Shown in pieces: positions 62,701 to 64,000 of a DNA stretch of 64,000 nucleotides. Position 1 is the first letter of the stretch. Every line of letters starts with the position of its first letter. The translations under genes were made by a program, and so were the position numbers. The stretch is from assembly GCA_044892525.1 (NCBI GenBank), contig CM097885.1, positions 49,538,001 to 49,602,000 on the forward strand. The letters are read 5' to 3'. The notes beneath the pieces were generated by a model. That model saw only the letters and a program-made list of their open reading frames with translations, did no database searches and was not told the DNA's origin. This stretch comes from Schmidtea polychroa (lineage: Eukaryota).

Positions 62701-63988
62701 ACCATCTGATATGCAAAAATTTAATATTAAATGAGTCTTTGTTTCTTTTGGATAGCTTATTCATTTTCAAGAATCATCGCATATATCAATTTCTATATAG
62801 TTTATAAATAATGTTACAAATCTACTCCTATTTCTACTATTTCATCTAGTTCATGTTTTTAATCTATACTGATTTTATTAGAGGAAGACTAACATCACAA
62901 ACTAATATCAATTTGATAATTTTTGTATAAATAAACATTTATTGATGAACCTTAACTAATTTAAATACATTCATTTTTACATATGAAAACAATAAAATAA
63001 ATCATTTATTGTGTTATTAATATTATATGTATACCTATTATTAATGTTATGCTTTAAGTTTAGATTTAATAATTATAATTTATACCATAACTAAATAAGA
63101 ATAAGTCAGTCTTGATGGGTAATTATTTGTTATTTTTATAAATTTTGCCATTTTTTATCGATTTGAATGAAATTCCATCATATAAGAAAAATCTAAGAAA
63201 AATAAATTTAAAAAATTAAAATTTATCATATTTTAATATTCAATTAATTTATAGAAAATCAATAGAACCATATATTTTTTTCAATTGTTATGTTGTATTT
63301 GAAATTAATTGTCCGCGAAAAATTGTCCGCGACGAATGTCCGCAACGAACTCTCCGCGCCAAACTGCCCTAGAATCATTAAGCCATTATAATAGTTACTC
63401 ATATTTGCAAATCATTACAGGTCTCTATGTAATACTACATTTTGATGGAATTTTAATTTAAATTATACCTTTCTCGATGATGTGTATACATTCAGTCTCT
63501 GAATAGTATGTTTCTTAGTTTTTCACCAGATTTCTTTTGGGTAAATGGTTGACCCATTTGAATCATACTGAAATAAATCGAAAGCTCTGGTCATCGTAAG
63601 ACGCAGATATTTACTGTCGGTATCTAAATCTAAACTTATTTCTTTTCGAAACATGTTTTTATATATTCTTGAAATTTCCTCAAAAAATGCCTTGGCGAAA
63701 ATAGTGCTTTTAATCTGAAATAAATATAAAAGCGGTTCGTGCTAGTTATTTGAAATTTTTTTTTCAATTTATGCAAAATTATTTTAAAATTGTTTAATCA
63801 AATTGTTGTTTTATGGATATCAATTAAATTCATTAGACCTTCGGGCACCGCTGTATTGGGAAAACTATTCAAAATGGCGAAGAACAATAAATTCTGTTGT
63901 TACCAGTAAATATTTTGATTTGGCTATCGCAGGGGTCATCGGGCTAAATGTCATAACAATGGCCACAGAATTCCACATGATGCCACAA
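12402..63988 (+). CDS. Cav3: T-type voltage-gated calcium channel alpha-1 subunit, multi-exon, partial at both ends (domain I pore to domain IV S1)
   Basis: GT-AG exons with mostly compatible phases; pore motifs SMESW (I), TQEDW (II), SKDGW (III); IHTAATPM linker motif; gating-brake region. Confidence 0.95.
13441..13470 (+). mobile_element. Possible Helitron 3' terminus
   Basis: Hairpin CGGCA-gtattaaa-TGCCG followed 8 nt later by CTAG then T. Confidence 0.4.
15573..16377 (+). CDS. Cav3: Cav3 exon: IS6 end, gating brake, I-II linker
   Basis: [25 protein letters not shown]; phase-1 donor at 16378 fits the next exon (end less certain). Confidence 0.85.
17344..17484. mobile_element. Palindromic MITE family A (copies also ~19069-19222, ~38864-39021, partial ~25057-25125)
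   Basis: 67-bp perfect arms with 7-nt loop at this copy; the other copies share the GCCTTTTGCTGCAAATAATG arm. Confidence 0.8.
18690..18910 (+). pseudogene. Degenerate LTR-retrotransposon integrase fragment
   Basis: PFEMI..DVVGP-like and [16 protein letters not shown] segments with stops/frameshifts. Confidence 0.45.
21068..21514. mobile_element. Non-autonomous hAT-type element
   Basis: TIRs TAGGGCATAGCC...GGCTATGCCCTA; 8-bp TSD GCATTTGG/GCATCTGG. Confidence 0.7.
24262..24366 (+). CDS. Cav3: Cav3 exon: IIS1 (3' end in N gap)
   Basis: [27 protein letters not shown]. Confidence 0.88.
25301..25452 (+). CDS. Cav3: Cav3 exon: IIS2-S3
   Basis: [27 protein letters not shown]...[12 protein letters not shown]. 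Confidence 0.92.
26100..26513. repeat. TIR element with 15-bp subterminal tandem repeats (TTGACCAATCGTCCT x4, 26448-26507)
   Basis: Inverted related units at 26111-26144; similar repeat architecture ending CTAGAATC at 63311-63376. Confidence 0.55.
29950..32551 (-). mobile_element. hAT (Buster/Charlie/SPIN-type, GTF2IRD2-like) transposon copy 1; transposase broken by two in-frame TGA
   Basis: TIR CAGGGATGGCAA; perfect 8-bp TSD ATTTAAAC; motifs [32 protein letters not shown]. Confidence 0.95.
33876..36577 (+). mobile_element. hAT transposon copy 2, inverted relative to copy 1; same two TGA stops, extra frameshift ~35150, duplicated 3' end
   Basis: Same TIR; TSD TTATATAT at 33868-33875 and 36578-36585; proteins near-identical to copy 1. 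Confidence 0.95.
36807..36938. mobile_element. MITE family B (related pieces ~10770-10820, ~33060-33140, ~54570-54680)
   Basis: Inverted arms TATTAAAAAGAGAGCTTGAAGACTATAA / TTATAGTCTTCAAGCTCTCTTTTTAATA; shared GGCAGTGCCGAAAATTCGT core. Confidence 0.65.
38023..38211 (+). CDS. Cav3: Cav3 exon: IIS4-S5
   Basis: [27 protein letters not shown]...[18 protein letters not shown]. Confidence 0.95.
38261..38375 (+). CDS. Cav3: Cav3 exon: domain II turret (exon-12 equivalent)
   Basis: [38 protein letters not shown] after a 49-nt intron. Confidence 0.95.
39304..41290 (+). mobile_element. Degenerate Ty3/Gypsy gag (CCHC knuckles) plus aspartic protease relic
   Basis: [28 protein letters not shown] and two decayed knuckles; LLNTGA and [10 protein letters not shown] protease motifs; frameshifts and stops. 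Confidence 0.8.
43310..43465 (+). CDS. Cav3: Cav3 exon: domain II P-loop/S6
   Basis: [15 protein letters not shown]...[21 protein letters not shown]. Confidence 0.96.
43481..43564. repeat. (TTA)28 microsatellite just 3' of a donor site
   Basis: Direct reading. Confidence 0.95.
45713..45772. repeat. (AAT)20 microsatellite just 5' of a predicted acceptor
   Basis: Direct reading. Confidence 0.95.
45776..45917 (+). CDS. Cav3: Cav3 predicted exon: II-III linker
   Basis: Phase 0 start and phase 1 end bridge the exon ending 43465 and the exon starting 45972; [19 protein letters not shown]. Confidence 0.6.
45972..46144 (+). CDS. Cav3: Cav3 exon: II-III linker
   Basis: [19 protein letters not shown], a conserved Cav3 motif; gtgagt donor. 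Confidence 0.88.
47502..47631 (+). CDS. Cav3: Cav3 predicted exon: II-III linker (phase not reconciled with previous exon; a small exon may hide in gap 46433-46563)
   Basis: Open frame between tag and gtatgt. Confidence 0.5.
47672..47755. repeat. (TTA)28 microsatellite 40 nt after a donor site
   Basis: Direct reading. Confidence 0.95.
47859..48222 (+). CDS. Cav3: Cav3 predicted exon: II-III linker
   Basis: [20 protein letters not shown]...DEEDMEAM; phases fit both neighbours. Confidence 0.65.
48913..49260. mobile_element. Degenerate hAT-type MITE
   Basis: TGTCCAAACTTTTTTGAGCCACGGCACAC ... CACGGCACACAGGTTGGACAACACTG ends. Confidence 0.45.
50795..50883 (+). CDS. Cav3: Cav3 exon preceding IIIS1
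   Basis: [30 protein letters not shown], joins FRQKC in phase 2. Confidence 0.85.
53056..53179 (+). CDS. Cav3: Cav3 exon: IIIS1
   Basis: [41 protein letters not shown]. Confidence 0.93.
54790..55560 (-). mobile_element. Degenerate Penelope-like RT fragment, same family as 10910-11990
   Basis: [31 protein letters not shown] and IYRKATDTG motifs; nucleotide similarity to the reverse complement of ~10910-11230. Confidence 0.75.
58793..59046 (+). CDS. Cav3: Cav3 exon: IIIS2-S4
   Basis: [13 protein letters not shown]...[11 protein letters not shown]...[15 protein letters not shown]. Confidence 0.96.
60786..60912 (+). CDS. Cav3: Cav3 exon: IIIS4-S5
   Basis: [42 protein letters not shown]. Confidence 0.96.
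60960..61175 (+). CDS. Cav3: Cav3 exon: domain III turret/P-loop (3' end in gap)
   Basis: LFKGKFYYC...[27 protein letters not shown]. Confidence 0.95.
61351..61528 (+). CDS. Cav3: Cav3 exon: IIIS6 and III-IV linker (5' end in gap)
   Basis: [30 protein letters not shown]...RRLEKKRK. Confidence 0.95.
61930..62955 (-). pseudogene. Decayed Maverick relic: MCP N-half, core gene and penton C-terminus, colinear with ~1830-2895
   Basis: [14 protein letters not shown]...[13 protein letters not shown] matches the MCP; the junction CCACAAATCATTTT.CAAATATAGTTCCATG is conserved. Confidence 0.88.
63837..63988 (+). CDS. Cav3: Cav3 exon: III-IV linker/IVS1
   Basis: [43 protein letters not shown]. Confidence 0.93.
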
Positions 63989-64000
63989 GTTAAAGCTTTG

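Overview
Very AT-rich, intron-rich eukaryotic (animal) DNA with about 12 N-gaps. A planarian-type flatworm is plausible but is only inferred. Bases 1-9903 are the right part of an apparently intact Maverick/Polinton-type endogenous virus. Its minus-strand morphogenesis block encodes an adenain-like protease, major capsid, core-like protein, penton, integrase-chromodomain, a basic protein and a packaging ATPase. Its accessory arm encodes a TBP (TATA-binding protein) homolog, a spliced Bcl-2 homolog and other genes with 44-48 nt introns, and ends in an array of 15 AP-1 sites plus a CRE. From 12402 to 63988 the + strand carries exons of a T-type voltage-gated calcium channel (Cav3, domain I pore to domain IV S1). 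The earlier exons are absent, so the virus probably sits in a Cav3 intron. The introns also hold an inverted pair of near-identical hAT elements, Penelope and Gypsy relics, MITEs, complementary (TTA)n/(AAT)n tracts at splice sites, and a second, decayed Maverick copy. No pPolB is visible; it may lie left of the window. All protein identifications rest on motif recognition by eye, not on database searches.
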